A stretch of 63,813 nucleotides of DNA, counting the filler, from Piptocephalis cylindrospora (lineage: Eukaryota): the NCBI GenBank assembly GCA_003614145.1. It is 3 parts of 3 records of this genome, joined end to end, with 100 filler letters (N's around TTAATTAATTAA, not from the genome) between each part and the next. Parts side by side here need not be neighbours in the genome. Positions count along the whole stretch, not along the records: positions 1 to 21,657 come from KZ987806.1; positions 21,758 to 43,099 come from KZ987807.1; 1 more part is not named here. The stretch is one strand, 5' to 3'. The notes beneath the pieces are model-generated. The model saw nothing but the letters and a program-made list of their open reading frames with translations. It was not told the origin of the DNA and made no database searches. The stretch's first letter is position 1, and the number at the start of each line of letters is the position of its first letter. The position numbers and the translations under genes are program-made. This document shows positions 12,613 to 23,784 of the stretch, in pieces.

Positions 12613-14189
12613 GGGAGCAGGAAGGGAGGTGGAGGTGGAGATGGAGAAGGGACGGGACGTATCGGTGACTTGGAGGAAATTACACACTTTGAGGATTAGG
12701 ACACAGAGAAACGGGCGGACACACACAGACGCAGACGCACAAAGCGAGAAGGGTTGGGTTGAGGATGGACTTGATCCAGGAGGAGGGCGTCGAAGGGGGG
12801 GGGGGAAGGAGGAGGGGGGAAGGAAAAGAAAAGAAAACCGAATAGGATGACCGAGGAAGCCCGAGAGTGGGGAAAATTGAGTGGGAAAGGGAAAGAAAGG
12901 ATGATGCAGAGCGGAAGAGAGAGAGAGAAAGAGAGAAATGGCAAAGGAAAAGGGGGAGGGAGAAACTGAGAAAGGAAAGACAGGGGCAAATCTCACTGTG
13001 AGGCACACATAGATGGTCTTGAGCACGGTGGCGAGGACGACGGCAGCAATGTGGTCCGAGGAGAGGCAGGGATGAAGGAGCGGAGAAGAAAGAAGCAGAA
13101 GAGGGGATGACGAAGGGCAGGGTGCGACAGCTGGATAGGGTCAAGTGAGCAGAGGTAGGGAAAGACGATTAGAAGGAGGAGGTGGATGAGCCCAAGATAA
13201 TGGCTGGGAGTAGGGGAGATGGATGAGGCTCGACTGGGCCAGGGCTAGGTCTTGCTGGGTGGGTAGCTTGGAGTGGAGGAGGAGCGGTAAGCGGCAGGTC
13301 AGGATGAGGGGGAGGTCAAGCAAGTTAGAGGTTTTAGCGGAGTATATCAGAAGGGAGATGGAGAGTGTGTGTGCACACATGCACAACATACGTAGCCAGG
13401 CAAGGGAGGCTGAGGATACACGGTGGCGGTTTGAGGGGATGGAGTCAGTGGACCAGGGAAATGGGGAACTGATGATAGTGAAGAGGTTTTTGGAGTCAGG
13501 TTCGGGTCACACACACTTGCACACACAGAGAGAAAGAAGGCGAAGGGATAGATGTACGATCTTGGAATTTAAGGATATGTGCGTGCCGAGACATAAAGGG
13601 TTGGGTATTCCTGTAGGGAAATGAGTGTGGAGGTAGGGGAGGGATGTATAGGACCCCCTGTCCATGACCTGTCAGGCCTTGAAGAGGAGGAGAGTCAATA
13701 GGAAAGGGGAAGGATCGGCTCAGAAAATGCCCCAGATCCACGAGTATGCCTCCTGAATGCTTGAGATGGCAAGTTGAGACACTTGTCAAGGTAAGCTTCC
13801 ATCTTTCTTTCATTTATGCGTGTTATAAGGGGGATGACGATGGGATGGCCAGGGTCAGGGTCAAAACAACAACAACAAGAACAAGAACAACGTCTCAAAC
13901 GTACATGTGTGATGGGATCAGAGAGTCAAAATGGAGATATCGCTGAGTGCTGACGGGTATCATGGTAAGCGTGGACAGAGCGTCGACATCTTGAGCAGCA
14001 ACTCCTAAAATTCTAGTAGTAAACACCGAAATGCGTTGGGGAAAATTACAGCCTTCCCTTTTTTTTAAAATGTTCACAGGTTCATCTCAAAAAAAGTTCA
14101 GAATCTTTCCTCACGATATCGTTGCTTCCTTCATGGATCGTCCGATCACTCCTATATTCTCCTGTAACTTCCCCCATTTCTCCTCCCAT

Positions 14190-14402
14190 TTCTCCATCGT
14201 TTCCCTTTCAATGGTCGTCCTCCTTTTGGTGCTCATCAGTATCCGAAGCAACATTTGTAATTCGTACTTTAATCAGGCCTGGGCATAGTCTCGGATGTAC
14301 TTGACACGATTTGTAGAACCGCTCAATAAATACACCAAAATATACATCCAATGACCAGGAGGCTAGATTCAAAACTTGATAGACTTGGAAGATCATAGAA
14401 TG
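14190..14402. repeat. Dispersed repeat, copy 1 (diverged; inverted relative to 42877-43090)
   Basis: Colinear by eye with the reverse complement of 42877-43090; shared blocks include ATCCGAAGCAACATT, GTAATTCGTACTTT, ACTTGACACGATT and ATAAATACACCAAAAT. Confidence 0.85.
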
Positions 14403-14949
14403 TCTAACCCATCCACTCTAAAGACTACCACCAGATCAAGGATGAAAATGCACCATCAATTCCCGACAAAAAAGGTCACATATTCAATGTCGCACTATCG
14501 GAGATTGAAGGGTGCCGGAGAATGGGGGCGCCACAGGATATAGTCCGACAACAGACTAGGGCTTAAGAGAGCGGTTATCAAGATTTCCAGGCAGGAACGC
14601 CAGCTTCCTCTGAAAGAAGGATGAATTCACATTTCCTCACAGGAGGTCAAGTAGAGGAAACTATTTACTTTGTAACGTGATGTACTTACTGGACATTCTT
14701 TCCTTTCCTCCATCCCTCTCTCACCCTTCCAACAACCTCCTCTTCTTCTCCCTCCTCCTCTCCCTCCCTCTTCCTCTCTCTCTCTTCCAACGTTCTTCCC
14801 CTCCTCCTCTGCCCCCTCCTCCTCCTCTTCCTCCTCTCATCACTCGGCGAGTCGATTGTCCCTCCTGTGATACTGCTCCGTGAGCATTTCCTTCACACTC
14901 TCTCCACTCTAGATCCACCCTCACACCTCCTCCGCATCCCTTCAGCCCC

Positions 14950-15375
14950 ATGAATTTCGCACCGTCGCACTGGCCCCTACTTTTCTTGACCCTCTTGGTT
15001 ATCCACTTTCCGAAGTCTGCCGAGACATCCCCCATTCCAGACCTTCCTAAAGGAAGATATACGCCTCACGTTTCGACATTGGTGGAAAATTACAAACCGA
15101 TAGTACATCCCCCGACCAACTATTCCCCAGGCTTTGCTTCTACCCCGAAAGTGCAGTCCCCGAAGCTCAATTCGTTCGTGCACCCTACTGCTTTGGACAG
15201 TCCGACGACAGGACGAGCGCCCCAGGGAGCCACTTTGCGTAAAAGCAACATCCGGACTGTGAGCTCGTCCGCGGCCTCTACTAGCCCTGCGACTCCCCGA
15301 AGACCCGAAGCCCCTACCAAGCCCGAAGGCCCCGCCAAGCCCCAAGTCCCCGACAAACCCGATATCCCTCAGTGA
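14950..15375 (+). CDS. Putative secreted Pro/Ser/Thr-rich protein (141 aa)
   Basis: Hydrophobic signal-like N-terminus (WPLLFLTLLVIHF...AETSP); C-terminal proline repeats (RPEAPTKPEGPAKPQVPDKPDIP); long CT-rich leader. Confidence 0.55.
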   Translation: MNFAPSHWPLLFLTLLVIHFPKSAETSPIPDLPKGRYTPHVSTLVENYKPIVHPPTNYSPGFASTPKVQSPKLNSFVHPTALDSPTTGRAPQGATLRKSNIRTVSSSAASTSPATPRRPEAPTKPEGPAKPQVPDKPDIPQ

Positions 15376-17263
15376 GCTCGAGTCCCTTTTACCAACCATC
15401 CAAGGGTGATGATCTCTTTAGCTTCAATGACCTATCCAACGCCAAGCTCCCTGTAACACCCTCCATAGACAGTCTCTTCTTGCTAAGAGACTTTGGAGGA
15501 GGGGGTAGTGTGAGGGACAACGTCGCGTGTGCATGCATAGGCGCATTCACGCCATTCCTCCTTGATTCATACACGTCCATCATGTCCTTTCAGCTCCCGC
15601 CTTGTATTTAGGATGAAATGTACGTGTTGAAAGCACAATGACCTCACCTTGTCCCCAACAGGCTACTCAATCTTAAATTAGAATGGCCTTTTCCTGCATG
15701 TCTCATCTGAGCATGCACTTGAGACACGCTCGTCTCTCCTTCCCAGTCAGGATAGAATCACCTCCCCACCCTCTTGATACATCCATGGAATCACCCTGAA
15801 TGATCCCCCTTCCCTCTGAGCCCTTCTCCCATCACCCCTCTCCTAGCCTTGACACGTACCGGACCCTCTCTGTCCCACCCATCCTCTATGGTTTCCTGGA
15901 TGCCAGGATGGGACAGGTGGCAGTAGGGAAGGACCAAGTCAAGAGAAACTTCCACGTGCACATGGGCCGCTTCCCTAACTCCCATCCTCCGGGATGAACC
16001 AGTCATGATAAGCCTCAGGGCCCTTATCCTCCTCACTGGGTCGATCCCTTCCTCGGACTGACGGTGCCAAGTCATCCATATGGCTTTCCTCGTACAGGAC
16101 AGCCCGGCTAAGTTATCCTCTACGCTCACACACCAGGTGACCCTCCTCCCTTTGGGACAAACTCGTGCTGCCTTGGCCCTCTTTGGTCCACTTGGGTCAC
16201 GCCCACTCCGACCATTTGGACAGGTATGAAGGTCTGTATGCTGCTGTTGGGAGGCATGGAGGAGAGGGGAGGGGGATAGACTGGGATTTCACACTCCGTC
16301 CAGCCGTCTTTAGCCTCCGACAGCACTCCACTCTCCCCACTCTGCTGGCGGAGCTTGAAGCCACGCACTCCTATCCATATCTGCTACTATACTCCATCCT
16401 CTTGCCCCCAGACCTTGGGTCCTAAATGCAGCCGATACTCAAACGCCGCGGCGGTTATGTCCGACGTCTAAACACAGCAGCGGGAGTAGTAATAGTAGCA
16501 GGCAGCAGTAGCCTGTGCCCAGCCACTTCCAAAACAACCAGTAGCAGCCTGTGTCTGTGTCCTACTGGAGTAATGCGTTGCTGCTCACACAAGTATTTAA
16601 TGCCCCATCCGATAATGGCTCCGTCTCTATCTCTGCTCTTCTCTTTCTTCCCTCTTCATCCCTCCCATCCTCTTTCTCCGCCACTTACTTCTTGCTTGCC
16701 CAACCACTTCTGTTCCTTTACTTTCTCGCTCTTCGCTCTCTCTCACTCACTCTCGCTTCCTCTTTCGTTCCAGATCTCCTCGACTTCGACTACCCACCCT
16801 CACTTTACGACTCAATTTTCCTCGCTCCTCCCTTGACTCCGCTACGCTTAGTGTCATTAGTCCGTCCCCTCTCCTTCTTCCTCCTCTCCGCCACCAGCCC
16901 TTGCGCTTGACGATTCCCTTCCTCACCTACCCGAATCTTTCTTCTTTAAAGGCAATCTCCTCCCACTCCATCGCCTCCAAGCCTGTGTCGTACCCCAACT
17001 TGCCTCCTGGCCATCTGATCCTTCTACGTACACACTTCCCCTACCCTACCCTACCCTCCCCATTCCATCCGGTATCCCTTCCTTCACTTAAACACCCCCG
17101 TCTTAGCCAACCATCCCATCTCTCATTGACGGTTTAACGAACGATCCATCCCATTCCATCCCCACATAACGCCCACTCCTCTTTTTTTTATTCCCTGAGA
17201 ACCTCCTCCATACAACGTACCGCCCCCTCCTTCAGCCTTCTCAGACCCCACCTCCCAGACGCC

Positions 17264-17767
17264 ATGATGACATCAGCCGACTCCTTCTCCCCCATCGGTC
17301 ACTCCCTCCACACCCTGTCTCTGCCCTCATCCCCTCCCCGAGGATTCCCGCAGACCCATGAGACCTCCAGGTTCTTTGTGGACGTTGTCGGGGCCCGTGC
17401 CCCTTTTCACTTGGCTCTCGCCCGGGCCACTGATGCCCTCGCCCTCACCGCTCACTTTCCCTCCCAGAACCCTGGGCCTTGTACTCGTCGGGTCCTCTCC
17501 CTCGAGGCCAAGGCTGCCACTGACCGTCTCGTGGAGGAGCTTGCCTTCCTTCATTACCGTCAAGACCGATTCCCTCCTCGATCTCACGCTTCGGCCGCGG
17601 ATGACGTCGCCCTCCTCGCTGACCTTGCCGTCATTGTCCAGGAGATGCAAGATCGTGCCGAATCCCTGATGCAACAGCACGTCCAGGTCTCCGGTCGCGG
17701 TCTTGCCCGCTTCCGCACTCTGGCCCTTTCGATCATGGCTGCCAATCGGCTCTCCTCCCTGATCTAA
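17264..17767 (+). CDS. Hypothetical protein (167 aa, probably helical)
   Basis: Clean ORF with GCCATG start context and C-ending codon bias like neighbouring genes; long pyrimidine-rich upstream region; no family recognised. Confidence 0.55.
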   Translation: MMTSADSFSPIGHSLHTLSLPSSPPRGFPQTHETSRFFVDVVGARAPFHLALARATDALALTAHFPSQNPGPCTRRVLSLEAKAATDRLVEELAFLHYRQDRFPPRSHASAADDVALLADLAVIVQEMQDRAESLMQQHVQVSGRGLARFRTLALSIMAANRLSSLI

Positions 17768-18487
17768 GCTTCCCCCCCTTCTACCTTTCCTCGGGTTGTG
17801 TACCCTCCCCCCTGTTCCCATCCTACTCCATGCTCTTTTCCCCCCTTCCTCCGTAGTGCTCGGTGTCCACCCTTCCCCCCTCTCTTCTTTTCTTTTACTT
17901 TTCAAGTACAATTACTCCCATAGGGTGCATACTCTATCACATCGGATGGGAGGGATGGTCAACGAGAATATGCTCATGTCCCTTCCCTGGGGTCAGAGTC
18001 CTGTACGACGACACAGGCGATGACCGGGAGATACAGGAAAGCTCACTCTATCAGAGGTTGGATGATACAAGGGGGGGGGGGGGGGGGGAGGCCGGGGATT
18101 CAAGGTCACTTTTGGCCCTGTTTCCCTTTGAACCTCTCCCCCTGCTTCCTTTCTCCACCAACCACACCTCTCCCCTTTTTCCCTAACCATCCCCCCATTC
18201 GTCTTTATATACATATACCCAGACGCGCAATACATGGTGTTTTCTCATACTATCGCTCCTTGTGTGTAAACCCACTATGACATCCTCCGTTGTGGTGGGG
18301 ACAGTGAGAGTCTTCCCGCTTGATGCTGCTCACCTGTCATGACACCTAGGACTTCATCGCATCATAGACAAATAGAAAATGGTTGGCACAATCATGACAT
18401 GATTTACCCATACACTGCTTATGCTATCCCCCCTCTCTCTCAACAAGAAATGCAAAAACTACTTCATCGACACCCCATTCATCACCA

Positions 18488-20212
18488 TCATGACCCCATG
18501 ACAATGTTTCCGTCCAAGAGAAAGAGGGAGACACTGACGATCCAAAGGGATGCAAGAACCCCGCCCCAGGCCGCGTTCTTTGCCGGTCCCGACCCCGAAT
18601 TTACCGTGTGATCCCGATAGATCACCGGCTCCAACAAGGGGTATCCAAGGGCAGAGAGGAGTCGGACGGTGGTAGGGCCAAACACCCCACCCACTAGTCC
18701 ATCCTTGGTATCCAGAACCTGACCCTTGACCGCCTCGGGTAGCATGAGATAATCCTGTGGGGCAGTCAGGGGACCGGAGAGGTGCATGAGGGTTGAAGCC
18801 CTTTCAAAGCCCCCTGAGGGGGTGTACAGGGTGGCGAGGGTAATGTTGTCCTGGGCCAGCTGGGAAGAAAGGACGGAGGCGTTGTTTGGGGCAATTTGCA
18901 GGACAGCTCCTCCATCTCCTGCCGTGGCCTGGGTGTAGAGGAGGGAGGCGACTCGGCCTTCGGGTCTCGAGGCATAGTCGGTCCACCAGGCCGAATCTGA
19001 GGTGAGAGAAGCATTGTACGGGGCCAATGGGGTCAGGGAGGGGACGAGGGAGGAGAGGGAAGCGTGGATGTTGGGAAAGTAGATGTGTCGGTCAAAGAGA
19101 TAGGGCTTTCGGAAGGCCATGGTGATGTTCCGGGCATCCAACAGGGTGCCCGGGGTCACGAGGGGCCTGCCATCCCGTTGGGCCAGGGAGGTAGTGTAGC
19201 CCAGGCCGTGCATGAGCTCATGGATGGCCAGATACTCAAACTCATACTGGCCTCGCTTGGGTTTACCGTTCTTGTTGTCCCCGACAAACCAGTACCGCTT
19301 CCGTTGATCCGCATTGAACTGAGCAATAATATCGTAGGTGTTCATGGCGCGACCAGCGACACCCCGTTGTTTCAGAAGGGCCTGGGGATAGAGGAAGGCA
19401 GAGTCGAGGCCATCACTTCCCCCGACCTCCCAGTAGCTGGCGGCCCAGGCTTGACCCAGGGTGGAGGACCCACAGCCCCAATCGGTGTCACAAAAGGATT
19501 TGTACGATAGCTGGATACGGATAGGGCTGGTGAGCTGGAGGAGCTGGCCGATCCGACGGCCCGCCGATTCATAGGCCTTTTGCACCTTCCTACACACATC
19601 CTCCTTGCCACGGGTCACCGTGGGTGTGCAGGTAAACTCTACAAGGACCAGGTTGGACTCGGATCCCACCATGGTCAGGAGGGTGGTGGAGGGGGCTGAT
19701 ACAGTGGTGGAAGTTGGAGTCATTGTGGAGTTGCCGGTAGTGGAGACGACGGTGGAATTGGAGGTAGTGGGGAGGGCTGTGGAGCTGGCGGTAGGAGTGG
19801 GAGTAGGAGATGGAGTGGAGGCTGGAGAAGTGTCAACATTGACTGTGGATTGAGGCAAGGGATGAGTGACCCAATCTTCCTCTTCCTCCCCATCCTCCTC
19901 TTCCCCATCTTCGCCGCCCTCCCCCTCCGCCTGATCCTCTTCCCCGTCGACGGCAGCAGCCCGGACTTTGGCATTGGATTCAGGAGCGGGGATAGAAAGG
20001 GAATCCAGAATGGTCTTGGATCCTGCCCGGATGGTATCCATCGAGACTTGTCGATAATGATGCCGACCATTCGGGGCTAGGGTAAGATCATAGCGCTGGA
20101 GGAGGACAGAATCTTCCTCAGCTCTTACCAAGGAGATGGCGGGGGAAGTGGTGGTGGAGAGGAGGAGGAGGGAGATGATGCTGGTGGGGCTCCACCAGCG
20201 AGGGCTACGCAT
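18488..20212 (-). CDS. Secreted, probably GPI-anchored zinc metalloprotease (HExxHxxG)
   Basis: Signal peptide, acidic and Ser/Thr-rich stalk, Cys-containing domain, zinc motif HELMHGLG, possible Met-turn (DYLMLP), C-terminal small-residue site followed by a hydrophobic tail. Confidence 0.85.
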   Translation of the reverse strand: MRSPRWWSPTSIISLLLLSTTTSPAISLVRAEEDSVLLQRYDLTLAPNGRHHYRQVSMDTIRAGSKTILDSLSIPAPESNAKVRAAAVDGEEDQAEGEGGEDGEEEDGEEEEDWVTHPLPQSTVNVDTSPASTPSPTPTPTASSTALPTTSNSTVVSTTGNSTMTPTSTTVSAPSTTLLTMVGSESNLVLVEFTCTPTVTRGKEDVCRKVQKAYESAGRRIGQLLQLTSPIRIQLSYKSFCDTDWGCGSSTLGQAWAASYWEVGGSDGLDSAFLYPQALLKQRGVAGRAMNTYDIIAQFNADQRKRYWFVGDNKNGKPKRGQYEFEYLAIHELMHGLGYTTSLAQRDGRPLVTPGTLLDARNITMAFRKPYLFDRHIYFPNIHASLSSLVPSLTPLAPYNASLTSDSAWWTDYASRPEGRVASLLYTQATAGDGGAVLQIAPNNASVLSSQLAQDNITLATLYTPSGGFERASTLMHLSGPLTAPQDYLMLPEAVKGQVLDTKDGLVGGVFGPTTVRLLSALGYPLLEPVIYRDHTVNSGSGPAKNAAWGGVLASLWIVSVSLFLLDGNIVMGS

Positions 20213-21535
20213 ATTGATTGGGGTATGGCAAGAATGAAATAGGATGGGATAGGCCAGGGTAGAGGGTAGGGGATAAGAGGGAGGGAGCCTAGGGGGAAGC
20301 GGCCACGGAATTGGGGGGAGGGGGGGGGGAGAGCAAAGGATGGAAAGGTCGTTGCAAAGAAAAAAAAGGGCGCCAAGCAGGGTGGCTGGGATAGCTCTGA
20401 GAGGGGACCTTAAGTAGAGAGTCGTTGCCTGGGGTGATGAGGTCAGTTATGCAGGGGCTTGGGGGCAGGTAGGGTGACGAGAAGGTATGGGTAAGACGAG
20501 GTGAGAAAGAGGGAAGGATGAATGAGTCAGTGGCGGAAGAGACGGCACCCGAGTCGCATAGTGCCACCAGGTTTGAGCTGGGTGGATATCCCGAACGGGG
20601 AATATGGCATCACCTGGTTGGCCTTGACGAGCGGTAGGACAAGGCCAAGGGAGCGGGGATTAGAATATAGAGGATTTGTGATGCAGCTGGGCCTTTAAGA
20701 ACGATATCGCCTTTGGAAGCGGGCTTGGCCAAGGACTGGCCGATCCAGCCGATGGGTGCTATGCGGGGGATAAATCATCTCTTGGCCAAGCCTTAAACCA
20801 TGCACTGGGTCATTGAATCACTCATTACTGGGGGTGTCGAGACCCGATGCGCACACCTGTCCCCACTGACAGACAAGGCGGATCCGATAAAGGCGGTCGG
20901 AGTTTCTAGAGATATGTGTGAGCTACTTGCGATAAAGTGGGGGGAGCGTTGGTCAGCTTTTGGGCTGTGGTCTTATCCCAAGACATGTAGCGGCTTCTGT
21001 ATAGAGAGGGGCACAGCTGGAGCGGACCTATTTTGAGCTCATCAGCAGGGCGCAAGGAATAGATCTCTCCCTCTCGATGATTCTTGGCTGGGGGTCACAT
21101 TAACCGTCTTTTCAGTAAGCTGACTTATAAATAGGCAGTGCATGAGGAGACAGCTTGGATGGAGAGAGGGGCAAGACCAGTGTGTCTGGATGGTTCATGT
21201 CTCCTCATCCTTCTCATGGATACAAATAGGGCACTGAGATCAAGAAGCTTTAGAGCGTTTGACGCCTCCCGGATGCGGAGAGGATGGACTGGCGGCTTCA
21301 CCAGAGTGTAGGACGAGCTGTTGGATGTTGACATCCTGAAGCACGAAGGATGGTCATTGACTAGTTTGGAAATAAGCTGTGGCTCATACTAGATACTTCA
21401 GACCGAGAGATACAGGAGTCCGGATTCATTCTGAGGGCTTAGGGACCTAAGCGAATCGTGATCTCTACGCTTCAGGCCATAGAGGCACGTATGGAGGGGA
21501 TCAGAGGAGGAGATCGACTCTCCAAGTCATGTCAA

Positions 21536-21584
21536 CACACACATATACATACATACACACATGCACATGCACATACATATGCAC

Positions 21585-21657
<73 letters not shown>
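21536..21657. repeat. (CATACA)n microsatellite at a contig end
   Basis: Tandem ACATAC repeats running into the N spacer. Confidence 0.95.
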
Positions 21658-21757
21658 NNNNNNNNNNNNNNNNNNNNNNNNNNNNNNNNNNNNNNNNNNN
21701 NTTAATTAATTAANNNNNNNNNNNNNNNNNNNNNNNNNNNNNNNNNNNNNNNNNNNN
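21658..21757. other. Assembly spacer (100 nt of N with TTAATTAATTAA)
   Basis: 44 N + TTAATTAATTAA (stops in all six frames) + 44 N; identical design at 43100-43199. Confidence 0.95.
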
Positions 21758-22666
21758 GAGAGAGAGAGAGAGAGAGAGAAAGGGGGATGGAAGAATGGGT
21801 AAGACCTTGGGATGAATCTAGCGGTCTTGTAAACAATGCTCCGCAAGTGTGTGTTAGAAGTCTTGAGAAACGAATTCGTGTTTATCTTGGTATTAATTTT
21901 TTTATGAGCTAATAAAAATCCCGTAGTAATGATGAATTGTGCTTAGATATTAAGCCTTCGCCAGAACCGTGTTGTATAAAACAGGCCTGGACTTATCTGT
22001 AGCTGAATTCCTTACGATTGCTGTAGTAGTAAAACCATTATACTTTCCCCAGGTAGGGTTGGCTAATGGATATCCAAATGCAATACCCGCCCTTAAGCCG
22101 GCCTGCGTGGTACCAGGGACTAGATCCCCGACGTGCACCTTATCCTGTATTCCTTCATGGATATACCATCTTTATCAGTGATTCAATGTACCGTCCTGAA
22201 TTATCAAATTCAATCCCCAGAATTAGCGTCACATCTTCCCTTGTCCCTCCTCTGACAGACATTTATTAAAGTATTCCCTATAAGAGGATGAATCCTCATC
22301 AATACTGCAGTATCTCATTATCCCAAACAGCTTTATTCGCTTAGCGGGGAGGTGGTGAAGCGCATTCAATTAAAGTATGACCATGATTTCATACACATTG
22401 TAAGAGTGCTACTATGTATAGTGTTTGAGGATGGATATGCCCTCATTAGATGTCTGGAAAAGGCGTGCTAGAGCATGACCCAATCCCTCTTCCACTCATG
22501 CATCAGCTGGTTTGAAAGTCCGCTCAGTTCTGAAAACCATCTGCTAAGGCAGAACGGCCAGAGGCACCAGTCCAAGGTTGATATGACCAGTGTTCCCTTG
22601 CATATGGGGCGTCACTCAATGATGATTTCCCCTTACTAAGGAAGAGGAGAGACTAGATCCCAAGCG

Positions 22667-22674
22667 TATAAATA
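22667..22674 (+). promoter_or_regulatory. TATA box of the small secreted peptide gene
   Basis: TATAAATA ~130 nt upstream of ATG 22804, followed by a pyrimidine-rich leader. Confidence 0.6.
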
Positions 22675-22803
22675 AGACATGCATGTGGTCCTCTAGAAGG
22701 CAAATCCAACCTGTCTTCCTACCCTGGTTCCCACCCTCTATTTTTCTCTTTTTCGACATCCCCTTCGGCTGGCCCGTTTACACTCTTCCCTTAGTCTTTC
22801 ACA

Positions 22804-22971
22804 ATGCGCCTTGCTCACCTTGTCCTCGCCCTCCTCGTCCTGGCCTCCTCCGCCCTGGCCTTCAGCCGCGGGCCGAGGTCCAATGAACTCTCCCTTGAGC
22901 GCCGCGCCTTAGCTACTCCCACCACGTCTCTTCCATTCGACGATCCCAACTCTCCTACTTGGCTCGCGTAG
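22804..22971 (+). CDS. 55-aa secreted prepropeptide (below the ORF-track cutoff)
   Basis: MRLAHLVLALLVLASSALA-FSRGPRSNELSLERR-ALATPTTSLPFDDPNSPTWLA*; ACAATG start context, signal peptide, dibasic RR site, C-ending codon bias, upstream TATA. Confidence 0.75.
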   Translation: MRLAHLVLALLVLASSALAFSRGPRSNELSLERRALATPTTSLPFDDPNSPTWLA

Positions 22972-23784
22972 TCCCCTTGGGGTGCTTGGGCCTTGATGGG
23001 ATTCATGGAAGCCTTGCTAGCCTTTCGTTCACTATAGCACCATCAGTCATTTCAAAGGTGGCTGAGATACGAGCCTACATTAAGTAGACCCTCATTTTCA
23101 CTATCCTTTTCCCCTTTATGGAGTTTCATATTTTTTGGCCCATAAAGAATGGTGTACTTTCAGTTGAAACTGATTATATCCCATTCTACCCCACCATTAT
23201 TCCTCACGTATCTTAACAACTGGAGGCCACTACGTTTTGTATGTTGCTTTTAACGTTTTGACCCAGAAATGTTTATTATTACTCTGATGGTTACTGCACT
23301 AAGCCACTTTACTTTATTCTTACAATGTACTATTGAATAGATAGACCTGCTCATAGCTGAAAAATATATGACTCGTCTATAAACTTACTTTACCCTTACC
23401 GCTCATTTGTTTAATCCAATCTACTCTCCCGGCAATTTTGATTTTTTAACCATACTTTAGCTACACATTTGTCAAGACCCATCGGCAGGATAAAATGGCC
23501 GTCTCATCCCCCTTGGCTATGCGCAGTCTCCATTCCTAGATGAGCCTGTGGGAGAGCCGTTGCCCCGCAACTTGATCTCATCTCAACCTGGCCCTAAAAG
23601 CCTTGATATGGGACCATAATATAGTCCAAGCCAGGTGTTAGTACCAATGGTACTTTTTTTCTCGGACAGACAAAGTGCGCTTAATGTAAAGGTCCTAGGG
23701 ACTATGAAGAGTTATCCATCCTCCTTTTGCTTTTGCTTTTTCATCTTTCTTGTTCTCTCCCAGTCATAGCCCCCCCTTTCCGTC

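Noticed and set aside
12502..13144. Several Phe/Ser/Pro/Leu-rich ORFs upstream of the kinesin
   Set aside because: By-products of the polypurine/polypyrimidine leader.
21950..22200. Short minus-strand protein-like frame (GYPLANPTWGKYNGF...)
   Set aside because: No ATG, in-frame stop upstream and no recognisable family; not supportable.
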